From the human T2T-CHM13v2.0 reference genome, Homo sapiens, in assembly GCF_009914755.1 (NCBI RefSeq), contig NC_060948.1: a stretch of DNA of 64,000 nt; one strand, written 5' to 3'. Of the stretch, positions 1 through 18,454 are shown piece after piece (the stretch's first letter is position 1; every line of letters starts with the position of its first letter). The notes under the pieces were generated by a model that searched no databases, was not told the DNA's origin, and worked only from the letters and a program-made list of their open reading frames with translations. The position numbers were made by a program, and so were the translations under genes.

Positions 1-3000
1 GGAATGGAACAGAGAGCAATGGTATAGAATGGAATGGAATCATCTGGAATGGAATTGAATGGAATGGAATAACATGAAATGGACTGGAATGGAATGGAAT
101 GCCCTTGAATTAAATGGACTGGAATGGAATGGACTCGAACAGAGTGGAATGGAAAGTGTTGAAATAGAATGGAATGGACTGGTTTGGAATGGTCTAGTAT
201 GCAATGCAATCGACTGGCAGGGAATCAAAAGGAATGTAATCGAATGGATTGGACTGGAATGCAATGGACTCGAATAGATTGGAAACGGAATGCAAAGGAA
301 TGGAATGGAATAGTATGGAATGGAATGGAAAGGAATGGAGTGGAATAGACTAGAGTGGAATGGAATGGACTCGAAAGCAATGGACTGGAATGGAACTTTC
401 TTGAATGGACTGGAATCAAACGGAATGGAATGCAATGCAATCAAATGGCATGGAATAAAATAGAATGAAAGAGAATCAAATGGAATTGAATCGAATGGAA
501 TCGAATGGATTGGAAAGGAATAGAATGGAATGGAATGGAATTGACTCAAATGGAATGGACTAGAATGGAATGGATTCGAATGGAAGGCAAAGGAATGGAA
601 TCTATTGGAATGGACTGTAATGGAATGCAATGGAAGGGATTGGAATGGACTCGAATGGAATGGACTGCAATAGAAAGGATTCGAATGGAATGAAAAAGAA
701 TTGAATGGAATAGAACAGAATGGAATCAAATCGAATGAAATGGAATGGAATAGAAAGGAATGGAATGAAATGGAATGGAAAGGATTCGAATGGAATGCAA
801 TCGAATGGAATGTAATCGAACGCAATGGAATAAAATGGAAGAAAACTGGCAAGAAATGGAATCGAAATGAATGGAGTGTTATGGAACGGACTCAAAAGGA
901 ATTGAATGTAATAGAATGGAGTGGAGTGGACTCGAATATAATGGACTGGAATGGAATGAAATCACATGGAATGGGAACGAATGGAATGGAATGGAAAGGA
1001 ATGGAATCGAATGGAAAGGAATCGAATGGAAGGGAATGAAATTGAATCAACAGGAATGGAAGGGAATAGAATAGACGGTAATGGAATGGACTCGAATAGA
1101 ATGGACACAAATGCTCAAATTGAATGGACTCGAATGGAATGGAAACGAAAGGAATGTCATCGAATGGAATTGAATCGATTGGAATGAAATAGCATAGAAT
1201 GGAGTGGAATCAAATGGAATTGAATCGAAAGGAAAGGAAGCGAATGGACTGAAATGAAATGGAATGGAATTGAATGGAAAGTTATGTAATGGAATAGAAT
1301 GGAACGAAATTTCACAGGATGCAATCAAACTGAATGGAATCAAATCAATGGAATCAAATCAAATGGAATGGAAAGGAATTGAATGGAGTAGATTGGATTG
1401 GATGGGATTGGAATGAAATGTACTGGAAAGGACTCGAATTTCATGAAACGGAATGGAATGAATTGGAACGGAACGGACTCGAATGGAATGGAATGTCATG
1501 GAATGGCATCAAATGGAATGGCATCAAATGGAATGGAATCGAATGCAATGGAGTGCTATGGAATGGAATGGAATGCATTGGAATGGAATGTCCTCTAATG
1601 GAATGGATTCGAGTGGAATGGAATCGAATATAATGGAGTCGAATGAAATGGAATTGAAAGGAATGGGATCGAATACAATGGAATATACTGGAATGTAATG
1701 TAATGAACTCGAATGTAATTGACTGGAATGGAATGTACATGAATGGAATGTAATTGAATGGAAAGTAATCCAATGGAATAGAATCTAATGCAATAAAATC
1801 GACTCAGATAGAGTAGAATGTAATGGAATGGAGTGCAGTGCAATGGAATGGAATGGAATGGAATGCAATGGAATGGAATGGAATGGAATGGAATGGGATG
1901 GAATGGTGTGGAATGGATAGTAATGGACTGGAGTGAAATGGACTGGAAAGGAATGGACTCAAATTGAAAGGGCTCGAAAGGAATGGAGTCAAATGGAATG
2001 GTCTGGAATGGAATGAACACGAATGTAATGCAATCCAATAGAATGGAATCGAATGGCATGGAATATAAAGAAATGGAATCGAAGAGAATGGAAACAAATG
2101 GAATGGAATTGAATGGAATGGAATTGAATGGAATGGGAACGAATGGAGTGAAATTGTATGCAGTAGAAGAGAATAGAATGGAATGCAAGCGAAAGGAAAG
2201 GAATGGATTGGAATGGAATGGAATTCATTGGAATGGAAGGGAATGTAGTGTAATGGACAGGCCTGGAATAAAGTGGAATGCTACGGTCTCGAATGGAATA
2301 AAAATGTATGGAATGGAATGCAATGAAACGGAATCGAATGTCATAGAATGTAATGGAATGCAACAAAATGGAATCCAAAATCATTGACTGGAAAGGCTGG
2401 GTGTCGAAAGGAATTGACTCCAATGGAATGGAATCGAATGGAATGGAAGTGAATAGAATCGAACTAAATCGAATGGAATGGAATTGATAGGAACGGAATG
2501 GAAAGGAATGCAATGATTTGGCATGGAATGCAATCGAATGGCATCGAATGGAATGGAATGGAATGCAATGGAATGGAATGTATTAGAATGTAATGAACTT
2601 TAATGGAATGTACTCGAATGGATTCGACTGGAATGGAATGTTCTGGAAGTGAATGGACTCCAATGGAATGGATTCAAAAGGAATGGAATCGTACGGAATG
2701 GAATCTAATGGAATGGAATTAAATGGAAATGAATCAAATTGAATAGCACGGAATTGAATTGAATGGAATGGAATGCAATGGAATCTAATGAAACGGAAAG
2801 GAAAGGAATGGAATGGAATGGAATGGGCTGGAATGGAAAGGAATCGAAACGAATGGAATGGAATCGAACTGAAGAGACTGGAATGGAATGCACTGGAATG
2901 GAAGGGAGTGTAATGGAAGGTTCTCGAAAAAAATGGAATCGAATGGAATGGAATTGAATGGAACGGAATAGAGTCGAATGGAATTGAATGGAATGGAATG

Positions 3001-3544
3001 GACTAGAGTAAAATGGAATCGAACCACAAGGAATGGACAGGAATAGAATGGTCTCGAATTGAATGGAATCGTATGGAATGGCATCAAACGGAATGGAATG
3101 GACAGCCACGGAATGGAATGCACTCGAATGCAATGGAGTCGAAACTAATGGACTGGAATAGAATGGACTCGACTGGTACGGACTCCAATGGAATGGAATC
3201 GAATGGAAGGGAATCGAACGGAATGGAGTCGAAGGGAAAAGACTGCAATGGAGAGGTCTCGAATGGAATGGAAATTAATGGAATGGAATGGAATCGAATG
3301 AAATGGAGTCAAAAGGAATGGAATCGAATGGCAAGAAATCGAATGTAATGGAATCGCAAGGAATTGATGTGAACGGAACGGAATGGAATGGAATCCAAAG
3401 GAATGGAATAGAATGGAATGGAATCGAATGGAAAGGACTCGAATGGAAATCACTCGAATAGAATGCAATTTAATAAAATAGGATCAAATGTAATGGAATG
3501 GAATGGAAAGGAATCGAAACGAAAGGAATGGAGACAGATGGAAT
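1..3544 (+). repeat. One full-period DYZ1 higher-order unit (3544 bp, arbitrary phase)
   Basis: 'ggaatggaacagagagcaatggtatag' starts at 1 and again at 3545. Confidence 0.93.
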
Positions 3545-5311
3545 GGAATGGAACAGAGAGCAATGGTATAGAATGGAATGGAATCATCTGGAATGGAATT
3601 GAATGGAATGGAATAACATGAAATGGACTGGAATGGAATGGAATGCCCTTGAATTAAATGGACTGGAATGGAATGGACTCGAACAGAGTGGAAGGGAAAG
3701 TGTTGAAATAGAATGGAATGGACTGGTTTGGAATGGTCTAGTATGCAATGCAATCGACTGGCAGGGAATCAAAAGGAATGTAATCGAATGGATTGGACTG
3801 GAATGCAATGGACTCGAATAGATTGGAAACAGAATGCAAAGGAATGGAATGGAATAGTATGGAATGGAATGGAAAGGAATGGAGTGGAATAGACTAGAGT
3901 GGAATGGAATGGACTCGAAAGCAATGGACTGGAATGGAACTTTCTTGAATGGACTGGAATCAAACGGAATGGAATGCAATGCAATCAAATGGCATGGAAT
4001 AAAATAGAATGAAAGAGAATCAAATGGAATTGAATCGAATGGAATCGAATGGATTGGAAAGGAATAGAATGGAATGGAATGGAATTGACTCAAATGGAAT
4101 GGACTAGAATGGAATGGATTCGAATGGAAGGCAAAGGAATGGAATCTATTGGAATGGACTGTAATGGAATGGAATGGAAGGGATTGGAATGGACTCGAAT
4201 GGAATGGACTGCAATAGAAAGGATTCGAATGGAATGAAAAAGAATTGAATGGAATAGAACAGAATGGAATCAAATCGAATGAAATGGAATGGAATAGAAA
4301 GGAATGGAATGAAATGGAATGGAAAGGATTCGAATGGAATGCAATCGAATGGAATGTAATCGAACGCAATGGAATAAAATGGAAGAAAACTGGCAAGAAA
4401 TGGAATCGAAATGAATGGAGTGTTATGGAACGGACTCAAAAGGAATTGAATGTAATAGAATGGAGTGGAGTGGACTCGAATATAATGGACTGGAATGGAA
4501 TGAAATCACATGGAATGGGAACGAATGGAATGGAATGGAAAGGAATGGAATCGAATGGAAAGGAATCGAATGGAAGGGAATGAAATTGAATCAACAGGAA
4601 TGGAAGGGAATAGAATAGACGGTAATGGAATGGACTCGAATAGAATGGACACGAATGCTCAAATTGAATGGACTCGAATGGAATGGAAACGAAAGGAATG
4701 TCATCGAATGGAATTGAATCGATTGGAATGAAATCGCATAGAATGGAGTGGAATCAAATGGAATTGAATCGAAAGGAAAGGAAGCGAATGGACTGAAATG
4801 AAATGGAATGGAATTGAATGGAAAGTAATGCAATGGAATAGAATGGAACGAAATTTCACGGAATGGAATCAAACTGAATGGAATCAAATCAATGGAATCA
4901 AATCAAATGGAATGGAAAGGAATTGAATGGAGTAGATTGGATTGGATGGGATTGGAATGAAATGTACTGGAAAGGACTCGAATTTCATGAAACGGAATGG
5001 AATGAATTGGAACGGAATGGACTCGAATAGAATGGAATGTCATGGAATGGCATCAAATGGAATGGCATCAAATGGAATGGAATCGAATGTAATGGAATGG
5101 AATGCATTGGAATGGAATGTCCTCTAATGGAATGGATTCGAGTGGAATGGAATCGAATATAATGGAGTCGAATGAAATGGAATTGAAAGGAATGTGATCG
5201 AATACAATGGAATATACTGGAATGTAATGTAATGAACTCGAATGTATTTGACTGGAATGGAATGTACATGAATGGAATGTAATCGAATGGAAAGTAATCC
5301 AATGGAATAGA

Positions 5312-5314
<3 letters not shown>
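3545..5314 (+). repeat. Truncated terminal DYZ1 unit (equivalent to 1-1785, with a 15-bp deletion)
   Basis: Colinear with 1-1785. The offset changes from 3544 to 3529 after ~5095. It ends at '...caatggaatagaatc', where the first copy continues 'taatgcaataaaatc'. Confidence 0.92.
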
Positions 5315-6356
<1,042 letters not shown>

Positions 6357-6925
6357 AGATCCATATTTTTTAAATGAAAAAAAATTTCAAAGGTACTCTG
6401 CTTGGTACAATAATCAAATGTATAAACTGAGGAATAAAACATAACCATGAAACCTATTTATAACTGCATATGGAAAATACAGAGGATAATTTTTTAAATA
6501 ACATATTGTTAAAGCCTTAACTAGTAATTTGAAGAGTTGGCATTTGAAAGGCCAGTATGAATATACCTTCACAGCAGCAACACAGGTTCCCCATGAGAAA
6601 AAGCAAACTCAGGGAAAATAAAACCACAAAGGTTCAATCTCTTCTGACCTTTGAAAGACACAGCACAGACAGTGGTCCTTAGGACGAAGAGTAGGAGACC
6701 CCTAATTCCGTCACCATGGCGATAGGGCATAAACATTGCTGGGTGAGGGCACAATCCACATTGTGAGGTCCAACTGCTGCCAGGAAGACAGGAGTGCTTT
6801 TACATAGACCGAAAGGTCATTGAAGGCTCAGAGTTTTGTTTCAAGAACTGAATCCCAAACCCACACGTTATTAGGCTGCGCTTCTTAAAACAAGTTATGA
6901 GATGGGAAAAAGGGCACCCACTAAC
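6357..6925. repeat. HSATI-like non-Alu complex segment of the DYZ2 unit (recurs after each Alu)
   Basis: About 570 bp of moderately complex sequence ('aaggtactctgcttggtac...aagggcaccca') repeated in all 24 units. The name is assigned from the known DYZ2 composition, and the right boundary is approximate. Confidence 0.8.
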
Positions 6926-8776
<1,851 letters not shown>

Positions 8777-10881
8777 AGATCCATATTTTTTAAATGAAAA
8801 AAAATTTCAAAGGTACTCTGCTTGGTACAATAATCAAATGTATAAACTGAGGAATAAAACATAACCATGAAACCTACTTATAACTGCATATGGAAAATAC
8901 AGAGGATAATTTTTTAAATAACATATTTTGAAAGCCTTAACTAGTAATTTGAAGAGTTGGCATTTGAAAGGCCAGTATGAATATACCTTCACAGCAGCAA
9001 CACAGGTTCCCCATGAGAAAAAGCAAACTCAGGGAAAATAAAACCACAAAGGTTCAATCTCTTCTGACCTTTGAAAGACACAGCACAGACAGTGGTCCTT
9101 AGGACGAAGAGCAGGAGACCCCTAATTCCGTCACCATGGCGATAGGGCATAAACATTGCTGGGTAAGGGCACAATCCACATTGTGAGGTCCAACTGCTGC
9201 CAGGAAGACAGGAGTGCTTTTACATAGACCGAAAGGTCATTGAAGGCTCAGAGTTTTGTTTCAAGAACTGAATCCCAAGCCCACACGTTATTAGGCTGCG
9301 CGTCTTAAAACAAGTTATGAGATGGGAAAAAGGGCACCCACAAACATACGTATACATTATGTATATAATAATATACAGTATCATATATATAATATATATA
9401 ACCTATGTATAATATTGTTTTACATCCTGCATCTTATGTTATATATATTGTATAAAATATAATAATTGATAATATATAAGTTTTATATTTATACAATATG
9501 ACATATAGTATATATTATAATTTATGACATATATAATATATGTTATATATCATATATAGAATATATTATACGGTTAATATACGTATTAAATATAAATTAT
9601 ACATTATATATATTATATATAATATATCTGTTATATATAATACCCATTATGCATAATATATATATTATGTCTATGTTATATATAGTATAAAACAACATAT
9701 AATAATATATAATTGTATACATAAAATGCGACATATAATATATATTATATTTTATGACATATGTAATATATATTATATATTATATATAATGCGTTGTATG
9801 TATAATACCTATATTAAATATATATTACATGACTATGTTATTAATTACATGTCACATGTGTTATATATTATTTATTTTACATAGAATATACCGGTTACAT
9901 ACAATATATAGTATGTTACCTATAATGTATAATTTATTACATGTAAAATAAAGAATGCAATATATTATGCATAATTTATAATATACAATATGTGGAATGT
10001 GATATATATAACATATAATATATGATATATGATATAGAGTATATGATATATAACATACAATATATGATACCTAATATATATGATATACAATATATATTTT
10101 ATGATATGTATTCTATATGTTATATATTCTGTTATATATAACTGTTTGAAATTATATATAACTGTATAATATTTTAGGTAAATATGTAATATAATATATA
10201 TAACTTTATAATATATTATATATAACTATATATTATGTTATATATACTTTTATACCATAATTTACATAAAATATCATAATATAATATATATTATATTATT
10301 TCATATTACATAATATATATTACATATCACCCAATATAAGTAACATACATAATATTATAATATAGATTATATTATGTTATATTAAATATCATATATATCA
10401 TGTATCATATATTCTATAATATATATTATACATTATATAATATGTATGTTGTCTATTATGTGATATATATAACTATATATATAATTATATTATTATACAT
10501 ATAACTAGATAAACATGTAATTCTACATATTTTCATTTATAATATATAGAATTATATAATCATATATAATCATTTATATTCTATAAAAAATTATATCATT
10601 ATATAAATTAGAATATATAAAAATTATAATATGTACTACAAACATATATATTATATATCATATATGATATAGTACCTTTGTTATATATCATAATACATAT
10701 AAATGTGTATTATGTTATCTATAATTATATAATTTCATATATAAGATGTATAATATGTATTATTTATTATATACGTTATGTAATATATATAGTATATATA
10801 AGCTGACACAGGATAAATATTATATACTATGACATATAAAATATATGAGGTTATATGTTACATATAAGGCATAGCACATAA

Positions 10882-11196
<315 letters not shown>

Positions 11197-13323
11197 AGAT
11201 CCATATTTTTTAAATGAAAAAAAATTTCAAAGGTACTCTGCTTGGTACAATAATCAAATGTATAAACTGAGGAATAAAACATAACCATGAAACCTACTTA
11301 TAACTGCATATGGAAAATACAGAGGATAATTTTTTAAATAACATATTTTGAAAGCCTTAACTAGTAATTTGAAGAGTTGGCATTTGAAAGGCCAGTATGA
11401 ATATACCTTCAAAGCAGCAACACAGGTTCCCCATGAGAAAAAGCAAACTCAGGGAAAATAAAACCACAAAGGTTCAATCTCTTCTGACCTTTGAAAGACA
11501 CAGCACAGACAGTGGTCCTTAGGACGAAGAGCAGGAGACACCTAATTACGTCACCATGGCGATAGGGCATAAATATTGCTGGGTGAGGGCACAATCCACC
11601 TTGTGAGGTCCAACTGCTGCCAGGAAGACAGGAGTGTTTTACATAGACCGAAAAGTCATTGAAGGCTCAGAGTTTTGTTTCAAGAACTGAATCCCAAGCC
11701 CACACGTTATTACGCTGCGCTTCTTAAAACAAGTTATGAGATGGGAAAAAGGGCACCCACAAACATACGTATACATTATGTATATAATAATATACAGTAT
11801 CATATATATAATATATATAACCTATGTATAATATTGTTTTACATCCTGCATCTTATGTTATATATATTGTATAAAATATAATAATTGATAATATATAAGT
11901 TTTATATTTATACAATATGACATATAGTATATATTATAATTTATGACATATATAATATATGTTATATATCATATATAGAATATATTATACGGTTAATATA
12001 CGTATTAAATATAAATTATACATTATATATATTATATATAATATATCTGTTATATATAATACCCATTATGCATAATATATATATTATGTCTATGATATAT
12101 ATAGTATAAAACAACATATAATAATATATAATTGTATATATAAAATGCGACATATAATATATATTATATTTTATGACATATGTAATATATATTATATATT
12201 ATATATAATGCGTTGTATGTATAATACCTATATTAAATATATATTACATGACTATGTTATTAATTACATGTCACATGTGTTATATATTATTTATTTTACA
12301 TAGAATATACCGGTTACATACAATATATAGTATGTTACCTATAATGTATAATTTATTACATGTAAAATAAAGAATGCAATATATTATGCATAATTTATAA
12401 TATACAATATGTGGAATGTGATATATATAACATATAATATATGATATATGATATAGAGTATATGATATATAACATACAATATATGATACCTAATATATAT
12501 GATATACAATATATATTTTACGATATGTATTCTATATGTTATATATTCTGTTATATATAACTGTTTGAAATTATATATAACTGTATAATATTTTAGGTAA
12601 ATATGTAATATAATATATATAACTTTATAATATATTATATATAACTATATATTATGTTATATATACTTTTGTAACATAATTTACATAAAATATCATAATA
12701 TAATATATATTATATTATTTCATATTACATAATATATATTGCATATCACCCAATATAAGTAACATACATAATATTATAATATAGATTATATTATGTTATA
12801 TTAAATCTCATATATATCATGTATCATATATTCTATAATATATATTATACATTATATAATATGTATGTTGTCTATTATGTGATATATATAACTATATATA
12901 TAATTATATTATTATACATATAACTAGATAAACATGTAATTCTACATATTTTCATTTATAATATATAGAATTATATAATCATATATAATTATTTATATTC
13001 TATTAAAAATTATATCATTATATAAATTATAATATATAAAAATTATAATATGTACTACAAATATATATATTATATATCATATATGATATAGTACCTTTGT
13101 TATATGTCATAATACATATAAATGTGTATTATGTTATCTATAATTATATAATTTCATATATAAGATGTATAATATGTATTATTTATTATATATGTTATGT
13201 AATATATATAGTATATATAAGCTGACACAGGATAAATATTATATACTATGACATATAAAATATATGAGGTTATATGTTACATATAAGGCATAGCACATAA
13301 CATGTAATATATATCATATATAA

Positions 13324-13614
13324 TTTTTTTTTAGACAGAGTCTTGTCCTGTTGCACAGGGTGGAGTACAATGGCGCCATCTTTGCTCACTGCAACATCTG
13401 CCTCACGGGCCCAAGCGATTGTCCTCCCTCAGCCTCCCAGTAGCTGGGACTACACCACACTGGGACTACACCAGCTGCCACCATACCTAGCTAATTTTTT
13501 GGATTTTTAGTAGTGACAGCGTTTCACTGTAGTGGCCAGGAATGTCTTGATCTCTTCACCCTGTGATCCCCTTGCCTTGGCCTCCAAATTTGCTGGGATT
13601 ACAGGCCTGAGCCA
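13324..13614 (-). mobile_element. Alu copy U4 (1-bp deletion at ~13440)
   Basis: Same antisense Alu, with 'cccagtagc' instead of 'cccaggtagc'. Confidence 0.93.
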
Positions 13615-15742
13615 AGATCCATATTTTTTAAATGAAAAAAAATTTCAAAGGTACTCTGCTTGGTACAATAATCAAATGTATAAACTGAGGAATAAAACAT
13701 AACCATGAAACCTACTTATAACTGCATATGGAAAATACAGAGGATAATTTTTTAAATAACATATTTTGAAAGCCTTAACTAGTAATTTGAAGAGTTGGCA
13801 TTTGAAAGGCCAGTATGAATATACCTTCAAAGCAGCAACACAGGTTCCCCATGAGAAAAAGCAAACGCAGGGAAAATAAAACCACAAAGGTTCAATCTCT
13901 TCTGACCTTTGAAAGACACAGCACAGACAGTGGTCCTTAGGACGAAGAGCAGGAGACCCCTAATTCCGTCACCATGGCGATAGGGCATAAACATTGCTGG
14001 GTGAGGGCACAATCCACATTGTGAGGTCCAACTGCTGCCAGGAAGACAAGAGTGCTTTTACATAGACCGAAAGGTCATTGAAGGCTCAGAGTTTTGTTTC
14101 AAGAACTGAATCCCAAGCCCACACGTTATTAGGCTGCGCTTCTTAAAACAAGTTATGAGATGGGAAAAAGGGCACCCACAAACATACGTATACATTATGT
14201 ATATAATAATATACAGTATCATATATATAATATATATAACCTATGTATAATATTGTTTTACATCCTGCATCTTTTGTTATATATATTGCATAAAATATAA
14301 TAATTGATAATATATAAGTTTTATATTTATTCAATATGACATATAGTATATATTATAATTTATGACATATATAATATATGTTATATATCATATATAGAAT
14401 ATATTATACGGTTAATATACGTATTAAATATAACTTATACATTATATATATTATATATAATATATCTGTTATATATAATACCCATTATGCATAATATATA
14501 TATTATGTCTATGTTATATATAGTATAAAACAACATATAATAATATATAATTGTATATATAAAATGCGACATATAATATATATTATATTTTATGACATAT
14601 GTCATATATATTTTATATTATATATAATACGTTGTATGTATAATACCTATATTAAATATATATTATATGACTATGTTATTAATTACATGTCACATATGTT
14701 ATATATTATATATTATACATAGAATATACGGGTTACATACAATATATACTATGTTACTTATAATGTAAAATTTATTACATGTAAAATAAAGAATGCAATA
14801 TATTACGTATAATTTATAATATACAATATGTGGAATGTGATGTATATAACATATAATATATGATATATGATGTACAGTATATGATATATAACATATAATA
14901 TATGATACCTAATATATATGGTATACAATATATATTTTACGATATGTATTCTATATGTTATATATTCTGTTATATATAACTGTTTGAAATTATATATAAC
15001 TGTATAATATTTTAGGTAAATATGTAATATAATATATATAACTTTATAATATATTATATATAACTATATATTATGTTATATATACTTTTATAACATAATT
15101 TACATAAAATATCATAATATAATATATATTATATTATTTCATATTACATAATATATATTACATATCACCCAATATAAGTAACATACATAATATTATAATA
15201 TAGATTATATTATGTTATATTAAATCTCATATATATCATGTATCATATATTCTATAATATATATTATACATTATATAATATGTATGTTGTCTATTATGTG
15301 ATATATATAACTATATATATAATTATATTATTATACATATAACTAGATAAACATGTAATTCTACATATTTTCATTTATAATATATAGAATTATATAATCA
15401 CATATAATTATTTATATTCTATTAAAAATTATATCATTATATAAATTATAATATATAAAAATTATAAGATGTACTACAAATATATATATTATATATCATA
15501 TATGATATAGTACCTTTGTTATATATCATAATACATATAAATGTGTATTATGTTATCTATAATTTTATAATTTCATATATAAGATGTATAATATGTATTA
15601 TATATTGTATATGTTATGTAATATATATAGTATATATAAGCTGACACAGGATAAATATTATATACTATGACATATAAAATATATGAGGTTATATGTTACA
15701 TATAAGGCATAGCACATAACATGTAATATATATCATATATAA

Positions 15743-16034
<292 letters not shown>

Positions 16035-18139
16035 AGATCCATATTTTTTAAATGAAAAAAAATTTCAAAGGTACTCTGCTTAGTACAATAATCAAATATA
16101 TAAACTGAGGAACAAAACATAACCATGAAACCTACTTATAACTGCATATGGAAAATACAGAGGATAACTTTTTAAATAACATATTTTGAAAGGCTTAACT
16201 AGTAATTTGAAGAGTTGGCATTTGAAAGGCCAGTATGAATATACCTTCAAAGCAGCAACACAGGTTCCCCATGAGAAAAAGCAAACTCAGGGAAAATAAA
16301 ACCACAAAGGTTCAATCTCTTCTGACCTTTGAAAGACACAGCACAGACAGTGGTCCTTAGGACGAAGAGCAGGAGACCCCTAATTCCGTCACCGTGGCGA
16401 TAGGGCATAAACATTGCTGGGTGAGGGCACAATCCACATTGTGAGGTCCAACTGCTGCCAGGAAGACAGGAGTGCTTTTACATAGACCGAAAGGTCATTG
16501 AAGGCTCAGAGTTTTGTTTCAAGAACTGAATCCCAAACCCACACGTTATTAGGCTGCGCTTCTTAAAACAAGTTATGAGATGGGAAAAAGGGCACCCACA
16601 AACATACGTATACATTATGTATATAATAATATACAGTATCATATATATAATATATATAACCTATGTATAATATTGTTTTACATCCTGCATCTTATATTAT
16701 ATATATTGTATAAAATATAATAATTGATAATATATAAGTTTTATATTTATACAATAAGACATATAGTATATATTATAATTTATGACATATATAATATATG
16801 TTATATATCATATATAGAATATATTATACGGTTAATATACGTATTAAATATAAATTATACATTATATATATTATATATAATATATCTGTTATATATAATA
16901 CCCATTATGCATAATATATATATTATGTCTATGTTATATATAGTATAAAACAACATATAATAATATATAATTGTATATAGAAAACGCGACATATAATATA
17001 TATTATATTTTATGACATATGTAATATATATTATATATTATATAAAATACGTTGTATGTATAATACCTATATTAAATATATATTATATGACTATGTTATT
17101 AATTACATGTCACATATGTTATATATTATATATTTTACATAGAATATACCGGTTACATACAATATATACTATGTTACCTATAATGTATAATTGATTACAT
17201 GTAAAATAAAGAATGCAATATATTATGTATAATTTATAATATACAATATGTGGAATGTGATATATATAACATATAATATATGATATATGATATACAGTAT
17301 ATGATAATTAACATACAATATATGATACCTAATATATATGGTATACAATATATATTTTATGATATGTATTCTCTATGTTTTATATTCTGTTATATATAAC
17401 TATTTGAAATTATATATAACTGTATAATATTTTATGTAAATATGTAATATAATATATATAACTATATAATATATTATATATAAGTATATATTATGTTATA
17501 TATACTTTTATAACATAATTTGCATAAAATATCATAATATAATATATATTATATTATTTCACATTACATAATATATATTACATATCACCCAATATAAGTA
17601 ACATACATAATATTATAATATAGATTATATTATATTATATTAAATATCATATATATCATGTATCATATATCCTATAATATATATTACACATTATATAATA
17701 TGTATGTTGTCTATTATGTGATATATATAACTATATATATAATTATATTATTATACATATAACTAGATAAACATGTAATTCTACATAATTTCATTTATAA
17801 TATATAGAATTATATAATCATATATAATTATTTATATTCTATAAAAAATTATATCATTATATAAATTATAATATAAAAAAATTATAATATGTACTACAAA
17901 TATATATATTATATATCATATATGATATAGTACCTTTGTTATATATCATAATATATATAAATGTGTATTATGTTATCTATAATTATATAATTTCATATAT
18001 AAGTTGTATAATATGTATTATATATTGTCTATGTTATGTAATATATATAGTATATATAAGCTGACACAGGATAAATATTATATACTATGACATATAAAAT
18101 ATATGAGGTTATATGTTACATATAAGGCATAGCACATAA

Positions 18140-18454
<315 letters not shown>

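Noticed and set aside
1-3544. Possible two-half (~1.77 kb) internal substructure of the DYZ1 unit
   Set aside because: I saw only vague resemblance by eye, which cannot be separated from the shared pentamer background without a dot-plot.
6569-6754. 61-aa ORF 'MCPHPAMF...' open in all 24 units
   Set aside because: It begins at TTG, not ATG, and is short. Its conservation follows from the high unit identity, and many of the observed changes are non-synonymous, so there is no sign of coding constraint.
16724-17194. Ile/Tyr-rich ORFs in the AT blocks (also near 19.1, 21.8, 24.2, 26.6, 31.4, 57.8 kb and elsewhere)
   Set aside because: ATA/TAT low-complexity translations that appear or vanish with single substitutions.
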